A DNA stretch of 27,212 bases from a virus. Its lineage: Duplodnaviria > Caudoviricetes. The translations under genes were made by a program, and so were the position numbers. Below are positions 16,991 to 26,051 of this stretch, piece after piece. Under the pieces are notes generated by a model. It had not been told where the DNA came from and did no database searches. It saw only the letters and a program-made list of their open reading frames with translations. Location: the IMG/VR virus record IMGVR_UViG_3300037515_000423, positions 1-27,212 of that record; one strand, given 5' to 3'. Numbering within the stretch: the first letter of the stretch is position 1; every line of letters begins with the position of its first letter.

Positions 16991-18779
16991 GCGGACGAAG
17001 TCGCGCCGGTCGAAGCCGCCGACCGCCGGGTGGTGGGGCAACGGGCCGCCACCAGCGGAGCGCTACCCGGGCGTCACCCTCGAGCTCGACGCGAGGTGGG
17101 TCGCCACGCGCAAGCGCTGGGAGAGCCGCGACGGACGCTACTGGTTCGACCAGGAGGCGGCCGAGATCGCGCTCGACTTCTTCCCGGCCTACCTCGAGCA
17201 CCACAAGGGCGAGTTCGCGGGACTCCCCTTCCAGCTGCTTGAGTACCAGGATCTCCTCCTCACGCGTCCGCTCTTTGGGTGGAAGCGCACAAGCGACAAC
17301 CTCCGGCGCTTCCGCAAGGTGTTCCTGGCGCTGCCGAAAGGCAACGGGAAGTCACCGCTCGGCGCAGGCATCGGCCTGCTGCTCACCTTCGCGGACGACG
17401 AGGACGGCGCCGAGGTTTACGCCGCGGCAGCCGACCGAGAGCAGGCCGCAGTCGTGTTCGACACGGCGCGCTATATGGTCGAGGCGTCTCCTGCGCTGCG
17501 CTCTCGCGCGAGTGTCATGCGCCGTCTCATCGAGTACCCGGAGCGCCACTCCATCTACCGCGTACTGAGCGCCGACGTTCGCGGTAAGCACGGTCCCAAC
17601 ATCCACGGACTCATCTTCGACGAGTTTCACGCGCAGCCGTCGCGAGACTTGTACGAGGCGCTCTACCGCGGCACCACGAAGCGCCTGCAACCGGTGATCC
17701 TCATGATCACCACGGCCGGCGACGACGACGAGTCGATCTGCGCTGAGGAGTGGGAGTACGCCCGCCACGTCATCGACGGCGCCTACCCGGACGACAGCTA
17801 CTTGCCCGTCATCTTCGAGGCGACGCCGGACGATGACTGGACCGATCCCGAAGTGTGGCAGCGGGTCAACCCGGGCCTCGGTGTGACCGTCAAGCGCGAC
17901 GCGATCGAGGCGGAGTGCCGAGCCGCGCAGAACGAACCGCGCAAGCGGAACGACTTCTTGCGCTACCACCTGAATCGGTGGACGCAGCAGGCGACGGCCT
18001 GGATTCCCATCGAGTGGTGGGACGCTTGCGACGAGCCCGTCCTCCTAGACGAGACCCTCGCGGAGCGCCCCGTATACGGCGGGCTCGACCTTGCACAGAA
18101 GATCGACCTCGCGGCCCATGCGCTCGTGTTCCAGTCGCCGGCCGACCCCCTGGAGTTGGAGGTGCTTACCGCCGAGGACGAGGACGCCGAGGATCTCGTG
18201 AAGAAGACGCTCTCGCTCGACTACTCGATCGACATTATTCCGTCGTTCTGGATTCCCGAGGAGACGATGTTCGAGCACGAGCGACAGGATCGCGTGCCCT
18301 ACTCGCTGTGGGCGGAGCGGGGCTTCGTTGAGGGCACCGAGGGCGTGACGATCAACTACGACGCCATCTTCTCGACCATCGAGCGCAAGCTGCCGCGGCG
18401 CTTCCCGCTGCTGAAAGGCGCCGATCTCGGATACGATCCGGCGTTCGCGACGGACATCGCGACGAAGCTCCGCGCGGCAGGCTTCAAAGCCATTGAGGTG
18501 CCGCAGAACTATCAGCACATGAACGAGGCGTGCCAGGTGTTCGAGGCGCTCACGCGTGCCGGCAGGGTGCGGCACGGTGGGCATCCTGTCCTGCGCCAGA
18601 ACCTCCTCAACGTGGCCGTGCGGACCGACGACGCCGGGCGCATCCGGCCGGTGAAGCCGCGCAAGAGGTCGAAGCGCATCGACGGCGTGGTCGCCGTGTT
18701 GATGGCGATCTCTCGCATGATCCGAGACCCCGGCGTCCGGGCGTCGGTCTACGAGACTCGCGAGCCGGTGGTCGTATGA
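16968..18779 (+). CDS. terL: Terminase large subunit (603 aa from TTG 16968)
   Basis: Walker A LPKGNGKS, Walker B LIFDEFH, ITTAG, GGLDLA, RIDGVVA; GAGGAG 7 nt before TTG. Confidence 0.96.
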   Translation: MAVAAKRKRTKSRRSKPPTAGWWGNGPPPAERYPGVTLELDARWVATRKRWESRDGRYWFDQEAAEIALDFFPAYLEHHKGEFAGLPFQLLEYQDLLLTRPLFGWKRTSDNLRRFRKVFLALPKGNGKSPLGAGIGLLLTFADDEDGAEVYAAAADREQAAVVFDTARYMVEASPALRSRASVMRRLIEYPERHSIYRVLSADVRGKHGPNIHGLIFDEFHAQPSRDLYEALYRGTTKRLQPVILMITTAGDDDESICAEEWEYARHVIDGAYPDDSYLPVIFEATPDDDWTDPEVWQRVNPGLGVTVKRDAIEAECRAAQNEPRKRNDFLRYHLNRWTQQATAWIPIEWWDACDEPVLLDETLAERPVYGGLDLAQKIDLAAHALVFQSPADPLELEVLTAEDEDAEDLVKKTLSLDYSIDIIPSFWIPEETMFEHERQDRVPYSLWAERGFVEGTEGVTINYDAIFSTIERKLPRRFPLLKGADLGYDPAFATDIATKLRAAGFKAIEVPQNYQHMNEACQVFEALTRAGRVRHGGHPVLRQNLLNVAVRTDDAGRIRPVKPRKRSKRIDGVVAVLMAISRMIRDPGVRASVYETREPVVV

Positions 18780-18937
18780 ACAAGCGCCCGACACTCTCCG
18801 CCGCCGATGTGATCGAGGCGCTTGCGGGGCTCGTTCTAATTGTGTCCGGCGTCGGCAGTTGGTCAGTGCCGGCGGCAATGATCGTGGCGGGGGTCGTACT
18901 CTTGGTCCTCGGCGTTACCGGCAGGAGGATCGTCTGA
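18776..18937 (+). CDS. Small hydrophobic membrane protein between terminase and portal (53 aa)
   Basis: ATGA and TGATG overlaps; two short hydrophobic segments; common position in HK97-like phages. Confidence 0.7.
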   Translation: MNKRPTLSAADVIEALAGLVLIVSGVGSWSVPAAMIVAGVVLLVLGVTGRRIV

Positions 18938-20502
18938 TGGGCTTACTCCGAGCAGCGATCGAGAGCTTCGGCGGGCGAACCCGGGCCGTCAGCGAGACCG
19001 ACGAGTGGCACTGGAAGGAAGCGGGCTCCTGGCCCTATGTCGTCTCGCAAACCGGAGTGCCGGTGACGCCCGCCCTCGCGCTCCAGGTCTCGTGCGTCTT
19101 TCGCGGCTTGAGGCTCATCGCTGAGCCACTAGCGAGTTTGCCGCTAATCCTCTATCGAGAACGCAACGACGGAGGGAAGGACCGCGCCCGTGATCACTTC
19201 TGGTGGTCGATCTTGCGCCGGCGACCCAACCCTTGGCAGACCGACCAACAGTGGCGCGAGACGATGACCGCGCACGCCGTGCTGTGGGGCATCGGCATGT
19301 CGGAGATCCGCTACACCGGAACGTCCGCCGAGCTATGGCCGCTCGATCCGGATACCACTGAGCTGGAGCAGCTTCGCTCCGGGCGGGTTCGGGCTGTCGT
19401 CCATCAGGAAGACGGTACGCGCCGGATGGTCACGCAAGACAACCTCTTTCGACTCGAGGGCCTCGGTGTGCACCGGCTCATGCCGGCGAACCTCGTGATG
19501 CTCGCGCGCGAGACGGTTGGGCTCTGGCTGGCAATCGAGAAGTACAACGCGTTCTTCTTCCTGCGTGGTGCCCGCCCGAGTGTCGCGCTCGAGCACCCGG
19601 AGACGTTGAGCGCTGCTGCTCAGAAGCGGCTGAAGGCGTCGATCGGTGAACGACTCGCAGGCGTTTCCAACATGCACTCGGTATTCGTCGCCGAGGAAGG
19701 GATGAAGCTGAAGGAGTACGGCTTCAGTGCGAAGGACGCGCAGATGGTCGAGGCGCGCAGCTCGATGATCGGTGAGTGCGCCCGCTGGCTCGGCATGCCC
19801 GAGTACATGCTCGGCGGATCGAATCCCCCGCCACTCGCTTCCGCCGTTGAGCTCGCAAGGCAGTTCGTCGACTACACGCTCGCGCCGTGGGCCTCGCGGT
19901 GGAAGGCGAGCTGCGGCCGGGACCTCATCGCCGAGGGCGACGTGTTCGCCGAGATCCTGCTCGACGCCCTCCTGCGAGGCAATACGCCCGAACGCTTCGC
20001 CGCCTACGCAACGGCGATCCAGAACGGATTCATGTCCGAGAACGAAGTCCGTATCCGCGAGAACCTCAACCCGGTCGACGGCCTCGACGAGCCGCGTCGC
20101 AGCGTGAATCAGGACCGCGGCGAGGAGCCACGGCGCGAGGACGGAGAAGACGACGAGGAAGAGGCGCAGCAAGCCCGCGTGCCGGAACGCCGCTTGCGGC
20201 TCATTACTCGCCGGGCCGCCGAGCGCCTCGTGAGCCGCGAGACGAAGGCGCTCGAGAAGCAAGCCGCCAGGCTCGCCAGTGATGCCGACGCGTGGCGGGC
20301 CTGGCTCCGCGAGTTCTACCAGGCTCACGCCGGGCTCGTGACGGAGACGCTCGAGCTCGAGCCGACCCTAGCCCGCGCCTACTGCGACCGACACCACAAG
20401 GAGCTTCTCGACCGCGGCCTCGCCGCCGCCGAGGAGTGGCAGACCGAGGCGGTGGATGTGCTCACCGCTCTCGCCCTCGAACAGGAGGTCATCCATGCCT
20501 GA
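18937..20502 (+). CDS. HK97-family portal protein with C-terminal extension (521 aa)
   Basis: VTPALALQVSCVF..LASLPL, RRPNPWQT, EEGMK, YTLAPW, MSENEVRIRENLNPVDG. Confidence 0.95.
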   Translation: MGLLRAAIESFGGRTRAVSETDEWHWKEAGSWPYVVSQTGVPVTPALALQVSCVFRGLRLIAEPLASLPLILYRERNDGGKDRARDHFWWSILRRRPNPWQTDQQWRETMTAHAVLWGIGMSEIRYTGTSAELWPLDPDTTELEQLRSGRVRAVVHQEDGTRRMVTQDNLFRLEGLGVHRLMPANLVMLARETVGLWLAIEKYNAFFFLRGARPSVALEHPETLSAAAQKRLKASIGERLAGVSNMHSVFVAEEGMKLKEYGFSAKDAQMVEARSSMIGECARWLGMPEYMLGGSNPPPLASAVELARQFVDYTLAPWASRWKASCGRDLIAEGDVFAEILLDALLRGNTPERFAAYATAIQNGFMSENEVRIRENLNPVDGLDEPRRSVNQDRGEEPRREDGEDDEEEAQQARVPERRLRLITRRAAERLVSRETKALEKQAARLASDADAWRAWLREFYQAHAGLVTETLELEPTLARAYCDRHHKELLDRGLAAAEEWQTEAVDVLTALALEQEVIHA

Positions 20503-21412
20503 GCCGCGCCCCTACAGCCGCATTCGTCGAGCGCTTCACGAGCGACCGTGGGCAATCCACCCGCGCTATCTCGACCTCATGATCGAGGTCGTGGAGGTCC
20601 ACTCTTCGGGGGAGCGCCTCTCCGAGGAGGAGATCCGGCAGCGTGTCGAGGCGCAGCGCCGCGGGCGTGAGATCAGCACGGCGCCCGGTGGCATCGCAGT
20701 CCTGCCGCTGCACGGCCCGATCTCGCTGCGTATGGGCCTCATGACGGAAGTGAGCGGCGGAACCTCCGTCGAGTCGTTCACGGTAGACTTCGAGACTGCG
20801 CTCCGTGACCCCAATGTCGAGGCGATCGTGATCGACGTCGACTCGCCCGGAGGAAGCGTCGACGGCATCGAGGAGCTCGGCGACGTAGTCTTCCGCGCAC
20901 GAGGACAGAAGCCCATCGTGGCGGTTGCGAACACATGGGCGGCGAGCGCCGCCTACTGGATCGCCTCGCAGGCCGACGAGCTCGCGGTCACGCCGTCGGG
21001 CGAGGTGGGCAGCATCGGCGTCATCATGGTGCACGAGGACTACTCGACCTTCAACGAGACGATGGGCGTTCGGCCCACCTACCTGTTCGCCGGCCGGTAC
21101 AAGGCCGATGGCAATCCCGACGAGCCGTTGTCGCCCGAGGCGCGGCAGTACTTCCAGTCGCGCATCGACGAGTACTACGACGCGTTCGTCCGGGCCGTCG
21201 CGCGCGGGCGCGGCGTCAAGGCGACGGCGGTGCGGGGCGAGCAGTTCGGCGAGGGGCGTATGGTCGGCGCAGCCTCGGCGGTGGCGGCCAGCCTCGCCGA
21301 TCGGAAGGCGACGCTCCGCGAGGAGGTCGAGCGTCTCGCGAGCCGTGGGCGCGGGCGTCGGCGGGCCCGGACGCAGGTTGCCCTTGCGGAGGCCGAGCGC
21401 AGCCTGGCTTGA
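20495..21412 (+). CDS. S49-family (SppA/ClpP-like) prohead protease (305 aa)
   Basis: IDVDSPGG, AASAAYWIASQAD, VGSIGV, AGRYKADGNP; RBS AGGAGG. Confidence 0.95.
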   Translation: MPEPRPYSRIRRALHERPWAIHPRYLDLMIEVVEVHSSGERLSEEEIRQRVEAQRRGREISTAPGGIAVLPLHGPISLRMGLMTEVSGGTSVESFTVDFETALRDPNVEAIVIDVDSPGGSVDGIEELGDVVFRARGQKPIVAVANTWAASAAYWIASQADELAVTPSGEVGSIGVIMVHEDYSTFNETMGVRPTYLFAGRYKADGNPDEPLSPEARQYFQSRIDEYYDAFVRAVARGRGVKATAVRGEQFGEGRMVGAASAVAASLADRKATLREEVERLASRGRGRRRARTQVALAEAERSLA

Positions 21413-21438
21413 CATCGGTGCCCGATCTGCTCTACGGT
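21409..21438 (+). promoter_or_regulatory. Candidate sigma70-type promoter upstream of the second capsid gene
   Basis: TTGACA (21409-21414), 18-nt spacer, TACGGT (21433-21438), at the start of the longest intergenic gap. Confidence 0.45.
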
Positions 21439-21519
21439 GCGAATCAGGCACCCGGTGACGCACCGCCCGACGGCTGAGCGAGCCGGGTAGCGACGCAGGC
21501 CCGACGCGGCTCCGACGAG

Positions 21520-21580
21520 GCGCGCACCCTGTAGCCCACGTAACGACGTGGCGCCCGCGGGTGCGCGCTTTCGCTTTTCT
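21520..21580 (+). terminator. Terminator/attenuator-like hairpin in the capsid leader
   Basis: GCGCGCACCC (21520-21529) pairs with GGGTGCGCGC (21559-21568); inner stem CCACGT/ACGTGG; followed by TTTCGCTTTT. Confidence 0.45.
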
Positions 21581-21614
21581 CCCAGCCCCCAAAGGCGCCG
21601 GAGGAAGAGCGAGA

Positions 21615-22949
21615 ATGAGCCGCTACAAGGAGCTGGAGCAGAAGCGAGCGAAGGGCCTGCAGCAAGCCCGCAAGACGCTCGACAACCCCGAGGCCACCGA
21701 GGAGCAGGTCGCCGAGGCGCAGCGCTTCCTCGACGAAGAGCTCCCCGGCATCGATGCCGAGCTCGCCCGCTTCGAGCGCCTGCACGAGGCCGAGCGCCGA
21801 GCCCCCGCCGTTTCGAGCCACCGCGTCACCGAGGAGGACGATCCGGAGGTGCCGGGTCGCCCCGGCATGACCGCGACTCCCGGCAGCGAGCGGGACGGCA
21901 ACCGTGGGTTTGCCGACATCGCCGACTTCGCCTTGGCTGTCCGGGCGGCGTCCCGGCCCGGCGGGCACGTCGATCCCCGCCTCGCCAACATCGCGGGCGG
22001 CGCCGACGAGGCGCAAAGGATCCGCGCACAGCCGGTCAACCCGCACCAAGAGGGGCACACCACCGAGGGGTTCGAGGTCCCGCCAGCCATGCGCTCCGCG
22101 ATCTTCGACCTCGTCTTCGAGGACGACTCGATCCTGGCCGACGTCGACCCGGAGCCGACCTCGCAGAACAGCGTCGAGTACATCGCGGACGAGTCGACGC
22201 CATGGGGCGGCACCGGCATCACCGCCGGCTGGACCGACGAGGGCGTGAAGATCGACCGATCGAAGCTCGCGACGAAGAAGCGAGTGCTGAAGATCCACAA
22301 GCTCGCCGCACTGGTGGAGGCGAGCGAGGAGCTGCTGGAGGACGCCCCCCGGCTCAACGCGCGGCTCTCCACCGGCGCCTCCGAGGCGATCCGATGGAAG
22401 GCGAGCGAGGCGCTCATGAACGGCGACGGCGTCGGCAAGCCTCTCGGCTGGACGCTATCGGGCGCCCTCGTCACCGTCGCGAAGGAGGGCAGCCAGACCG
22501 CCGACACGGTGGTGGCGGCGAACGTCGCGAAGATGTACGCCCGCCTCCTGCGGCCCGGCAACGGAATCTGGTACATCAACGCCGACGTGTTCCCGCAGCT
22601 GCCCCTCATGACGCTCGGAGATCAGCCGATCTTCGTGCCTCCTTCGAGCGGCTTCCGCGACGCCCCCGGCGGCTTCCTCCTCGGGCGACCGGTGCGGATC
22701 AACGAGCACTGCGCAACGGTAGGCGACCTGCACGACATTCAGTTTGTCGACCCCGGCGGCTACTACGCCGTGATGAAGCGGGGCGGCATCCGGTTCGCGC
22801 AGTCGGCTCACCTCTTCTTCGACTACGACACTTCGGCCTTCCGATGGACGTTCCGCCTCGGCGGCCAGCCGTTCCTCGAGTCGACGGTGTCGCCGGCGAA
22901 GGGCAGCAACGCGAAGTCGCACTTTGTTTCGCTGGCCGAAAGGACGTAG
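21615..22949 (+). CDS. HK97-family major capsid protein, module 2 (444 aa)
   Basis: N-terminal coiled-coil delta domain, EGFEVPP, HKLAALVEASEELLEDA, GDGVGKPLG, LLGRPV, FRWTFRLGGQP. Confidence 0.95.
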   Translation: MSRYKELEQKRAKGLQQARKTLDNPEATEEQVAEAQRFLDEELPGIDAELARFERLHEAERRAPAVSSHRVTEEDDPEVPGRPGMTATPGSERDGNRGFADIADFALAVRAASRPGGHVDPRLANIAGGADEAQRIRAQPVNPHQEGHTTEGFEVPPAMRSAIFDLVFEDDSILADVDPEPTSQNSVEYIADESTPWGGTGITAGWTDEGVKIDRSKLATKKRVLKIHKLAALVEASEELLEDAPRLNARLSTGASEAIRWKASEALMNGDGVGKPLGWTLSGALVTVAKEGSQTADTVVAANVAKMYARLLRPGNGIWYINADVFPQLPLMTLGDQPIFVPPSSGFRDAPGGFLLGRPVRINEHCATVGDLHDIQFVDPGGYYAVMKRGGIRFAQSAHLFFDYDTSAFRWTFRLGGQPFLESTVSPAKGSNAKSHFVSLAERT

Positions 22950-22960
22950 GAACTGAGCAC

Positions 22961-22993
22961 GGGGGAGGGGAAGCTCCCCCCTTCTCCTCCCCC
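22961..22993 (+). promoter_or_regulatory. Hairpin downstream of capsid gene
   Basis: GGGGGAGGGGAAG pairs with CTTCTCCTCCCCC (one G-U); no U-tract follows. Confidence 0.5.
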
Positions 22994-23025
22994 TCACCGA
23001 TCCCTGAACCAAGAGGATTCGAGCC

Positions 23026-23469
23026 ATGAACCCCAACGCAAAGCCGAGCGACATCTTCACGGAAGTGGGCGTGATCGACCCGGATGTCTACACGGCCGGC
23101 AGCGGTTACTCGACCGGCTGGATTGCGGCGAAGGACTTCTTTTCCTTCCTTGCGGTCGTCTTCGCTGGCACCCTCGGGGCCAGCGCCACCGTCGACGCCA
23201 AGCTCGAGGAGGCGCAGGACTCCGGCGGCACCGGCGTCCAGGATCTTCCCGCCAAGGCGATCACCCAGCTCACCAAGGCCGGCAGCGACGACGACAAGCA
23301 GAGGATGATCAACCTTCGGCAGGCGGAGCTCTCCGCGGGCTTCACCCACTTCCGGTTGACCATCAGTCCCGGCGTCGCCGACTGCGACCTGGCCGGCGCC
23401 GTCTTCGGCCTCGCCGGTCGCTACGAGCCCGCCGCCGGCCTGGCGAGCGTCGACGAGATCGTCGGCTGA
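23026..23469 (+). CDS. Putative capsid decoration protein (147 aa)
   Basis: Directly after capsid; beta-rich, TGWIAAKDF...ATVDAKLEEAQDSGGTG...AITQLT. Confidence 0.6.
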   Translation: MNPNAKPSDIFTEVGVIDPDVYTAGSGYSTGWIAAKDFFSFLAVVFAGTLGASATVDAKLEEAQDSGGTGVQDLPAKAITQLTKAGSDDDKQRMINLRQAELSAGFTHFRLTISPGVADCDLAGAVFGLAGRYEPAAGLASVDEIVG

Positions 23470-23485
23470 GTCGAAGGAGGCCCCT

Positions 23486-23641
23486 ATGCCGAAAGTCAGA
23501 TTCCCTGAGATCCGAGAGGCGCGCCGCTGGAAGCGCGCCCGTGTGGTGGAGGTCCCGGCGAAGGAGGTCGACGCGCTGCTGGAGCGGGGCGGCGTCCTCG
23601 TCGAGGAGAAGGCGGACAAGAAGGCGGACGCCAAGAAGTGA
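23486..23641 (+). CDS. Small hypothetical protein (51 aa), not in the ORF track
   Basis: AAGGAGG 5 nt before ATG; MPKVRFPEIREARRWKRARVVEVPAKEVDALLERGGVLVEEKADKKADAKK. Confidence 0.7.
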   Translation: MPKVRFPEIREARRWKRARVVEVPAKEVDALLERGGVLVEEKADKKADAKK

Positions 23642-23666
23642 GCTTCGTTGCCGTGGTGGCAATGGT

Positions 23667-23699
23667 GCGGGGCCGGCGCGCTGGTGGCGTCGGCCCCGC
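23667..23699 (+). promoter_or_regulatory. Intergenic GC hairpin
   Basis: GCGGGGCCGGCGC pairs with GCGTCGGCCCCGC (13 bp, one G-U), 7-nt loop. Confidence 0.45.
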
Positions 23700-23719
23700 C
23701 CGCACGAAGGGAGTAGTCG

Positions 23720-23935
23720 ATGAGTGACGAGGAGCCCAGGGAGGAGGTCGCCAAGAAGGCGGAGCCGGCGCCACCGAAGAGCGGCGCCTATCGCATCGGC
23801 GACGCCCCCCTGTACGTCGGCGCGACCTGCGTGCTTACCGCCGGCGCCACTGTCCGGCGCCAGGATCTCGAGAACCTCGGCGCCAAGGTGCTCGAAGCGC
23901 TCGCGAAGCAAGGCAGAGCTGCCGAGCTCGAGTGA
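23720..23935 (+). CDS. Small hypothetical protein (71 aa)
   Basis: RBS AAGGGAG, ATG 23720; fills the gap before the connector gene. Confidence 0.65.
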   Translation: MSDEEPREEVAKKAEPAPPKSGAYRIGDAPLYVGATCVLTAGATVRRQDLENLGAKVLEALAKQGRAAELE

Positions 23936-23949
23936 TGTGGAGGTGACGG

Positions 23950-24504
23950 TTGGGAGCCATCGTCCAGGACGCGGAGGTCAAGACGTACCTGCAGATTCAG
24001 CATGCCGAGGACGATGCGTGGATCGCCCAGCAGGTGCCGATGGCGGAGCGCGTCTTCCTCAGCCGATGTCCCAGCGTGCTGTTCGCGCCCGCGCAGAACA
24101 TCACTGCCTATCTCGACGGCGGTGGACCGGCCCTTCTCATCAAGCGGCCGGTCGTGCAGATCGTCTCGGTCACTCCGGAGGGCGGAGAGGGTACGGCGCT
24201 CGAGGCCGACGATTACGAGCTCGAGGCGGAGGCGGGCCTGCTCTACCGCGCCGACGGCTGCTTCTGGCGGCGCGAGCAGCGGTACTGGGAGGTCGTCTAC
24301 GACGCCGGCTACGGCTCCGGCGGCTACGCGGCGGTGCCACAGGACGCGAAGCTCGCCGTACTCGAGCTCATCGCCAGGCGGCACTCGCGCCGAGTGGTCG
24401 ACCTGCAGTCCGAGCGGATCGGCGACTGGAGCTATGCGGTCGCCCTCGACGACCCCTTCCTGGCCCGGCTCATCGCTCCCTACTCACTCGACCAGGTGGT
24501 GTGA
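23950..24504 (+). CDS. Head-tail connector (HK97 gp6/SPP1 gp15-like)
   Basis: EVKTYLQI..EDDAWI, RPVVQIVSV, VVYDAGY..VPQDAKLAVL, SERIGDWSY, LIAPY; RBS GGAGGT. Confidence 0.9.
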   Translation: MGAIVQDAEVKTYLQIQHAEDDAWIAQQVPMAERVFLSRCPSVLFAPAQNITAYLDGGGPALLIKRPVVQIVSVTPEGGEGTALEADDYELEAEAGLLYRADGCFWRREQRYWEVVYDAGYGSGGYAAVPQDAKLAVLELIARRHSRRVVDLQSERIGDWSYAVALDDPFLARLIAPYSLDQVV

Positions 24505-24827
24505 TGCCCCCGCCCTTCCGATCCACGATCACGGTCGAGAGGCCCTCGAGGTCGGGCGACGGCGCCGGCGGACATGCGATCTCGTACGCCTCGACCGGCA
24601 CACCGGAGCGCGGGACGATTGCGCCCGCTTCGGCGGGCGAACGGATTGCCGGCGAGCGCGAGGACGCCCGTATCACCCACGTCGCCTACCTCCGCCGCGG
24701 CGCCAACGTGCTCCGCGGGGATCGGCTGAGCGGTGCGACGGTGCCGACCGTGATCGTCCAGGCGGTCATCCAGCAGTCGCGAGATCACGTGCGGTGTACG
24801 TGTGAGGAGATCCAGCAGGGTGGCTGA
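24504..24827 (+). CDS. Head closure/stopper protein (SPP1 gp16-like), 107 aa
   Basis: ITVERP...DGAGG motif, VLRGDRL, terminal CTCEE; TGATG coupling. Confidence 0.85.
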   Translation: MPPPFRSTITVERPSRSGDGAGGHAISYASTGTPERGTIAPASAGERIAGEREDARITHVAYLRRGANVLRGDRLSGATVPTVIVQAVIQQSRDHVRCTCEEIQQGG

Positions 24828-25227
24828 CGTCCTCATCTGGCGAGACCGGGAGCTGAGCGCGCTCGTGGCGCGCACCAGCGAGGCGAACATGAAGCGCGCC
24901 TGCGCCTTCCTGCGCTCGGCGATTCGGCGCTCCCTCGCCAAGCCGAACCCGGATGGCAGGTCCCCGTCGCTACCCGGACAGCCGCCGCGACGGATCAGCG
25001 GCGCCCTGCGCGACGCGATCATCTTCGCCGTCGAGCGGGACGGCCGCGACATCGTGGGCGGCATCGGCGTGGCGAAGGGCCGAGCGCTGCACGCAAGCGA
25101 CCTCGAGCTCGGGAACCCAAGCCTCCATCTCGAGCCGCGACCATTCCTCCGGCCGGCGCTGTTGAAGAACCGGCGCCAGCTCGCCAGACTCCTTGCCGGC
25201 CAGGGCCTCGGGGGGCGCCAGCGGTGA
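24820..25227 (+). CDS. HK97 gp10-like tail completion protein (135 aa)
   Basis: PSLPGQPPRRISGALRDAI, LELG..., EPRPFLRPAL. Confidence 0.85.
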   Translation: MADVLIWRDRELSALVARTSEANMKRACAFLRSAIRRSLAKPNPDGRSPSLPGQPPRRISGALRDAIIFAVERDGRDIVGGIGVAKGRALHASDLELGNPSLHLEPRPFLRPALLKNRRQLARLLAGQGLGGRQR

Positions 25228-25640
25228 GCGTGACCTCGAGCATCGTGACGACCCTGAAGGCTGATGGCACCCTCGCCGGCCTACTGGCGCAGTTCGACGG
25301 TGAGGCGGCGGTGTTTGGTGTCCGGCCGGTCCCCGACCCGGCGGCTAGGCCCTACGTGCTCACGTCGGCGCCGCTCAGCGACGAGCCGGCGGACTCCAAG
25401 AACGGGGCCGATCTGCGCGAGGTCCATCAGGTGATCGAGGCATGGGCCGACGCCGCCGGCTCACGCGTGACACTGGACGCCATCGGCAAGCGCGTCCGTG
25501 ACCTGCTCCACCGGCAGCCGTGGCTCGTCGACGGCGTGGCCGCGATCCTCAGCGAAGTGAGTGGTGGTGACGAGCTCAATGGCGGGCCGGATGTGTACGG
25601 CCTCGGCCTCACGGTGCGAGTGGTCCACGAGGCTCAATAG
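25224..25640 (+). CDS. Tail terminator/completion protein (DUF3168/SPP1 gp17-like)
   Basis: LKADGTLAGLL...AVF..PVP..RPYV...IEAW...RVRDLLH. Confidence 0.85.
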   Translation: MSVTSSIVTTLKADGTLAGLLAQFDGEAAVFGVRPVPDPAARPYVLTSAPLSDEPADSKNGADLREVHQVIEAWADAAGSRVTLDAIGKRVRDLLHRQPWLVDGVAAILSEVSGGDELNGGPDVYGLGLTVRVVHEAQ

Positions 25641-25649
25641 GAGAACGAC

Positions 25650-26051
25650 ATGGCGAAGAACGGCGCGTCCTACCTCATCCTGGTGAACACCGGCACTCCC
25701 GGAACGCCGACGTGGACGGCTGTCGGATCCCAGCGTGACGCGACGATCACGGAAGAGCGGGACCTCATCGACGCGAGTTCGAAGGACTCAGACAAGCAAG
25801 CCAGCCTCGGCGGCCGCTACCGGGTCAACCTCGAGCTCCAGGCGGTCTACCTCTCGGGCGACGCAGCCTACGCCGCGCTCGAGACGGCGCACCGCGACGG
25901 AGACCAGGTCCAGGTCGTCTACTCCGAGGACGCCTCGAACGTCGAGCGGATCGACGGCTACATCACCAGCCTGCAGCGCAGCTTCCCCGACCAAGAAGTC
26001 GCGCTCGCCGACGTCTCGATCGGCTCTGACGGCGATTGGCAGGCGGCCTAG
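25650..26051 (+). CDS. Tail tube protein, module 2 (TP901-1/GTA-like, 133 aa)
   Basis: MAKNG..YLI...WTAVGSQR...IDASSKDS...ITSL; RBS AGGAG. Confidence 0.9.
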   Translation: MAKNGASYLILVNTGTPGTPTWTAVGSQRDATITEERDLIDASSKDSDKQASLGGRYRVNLELQAVYLSGDAAYAALETAHRDGDQVQVVYSEDASNVERIDGYITSLQRSFPDQEVALADVSIGSDGDWQAA

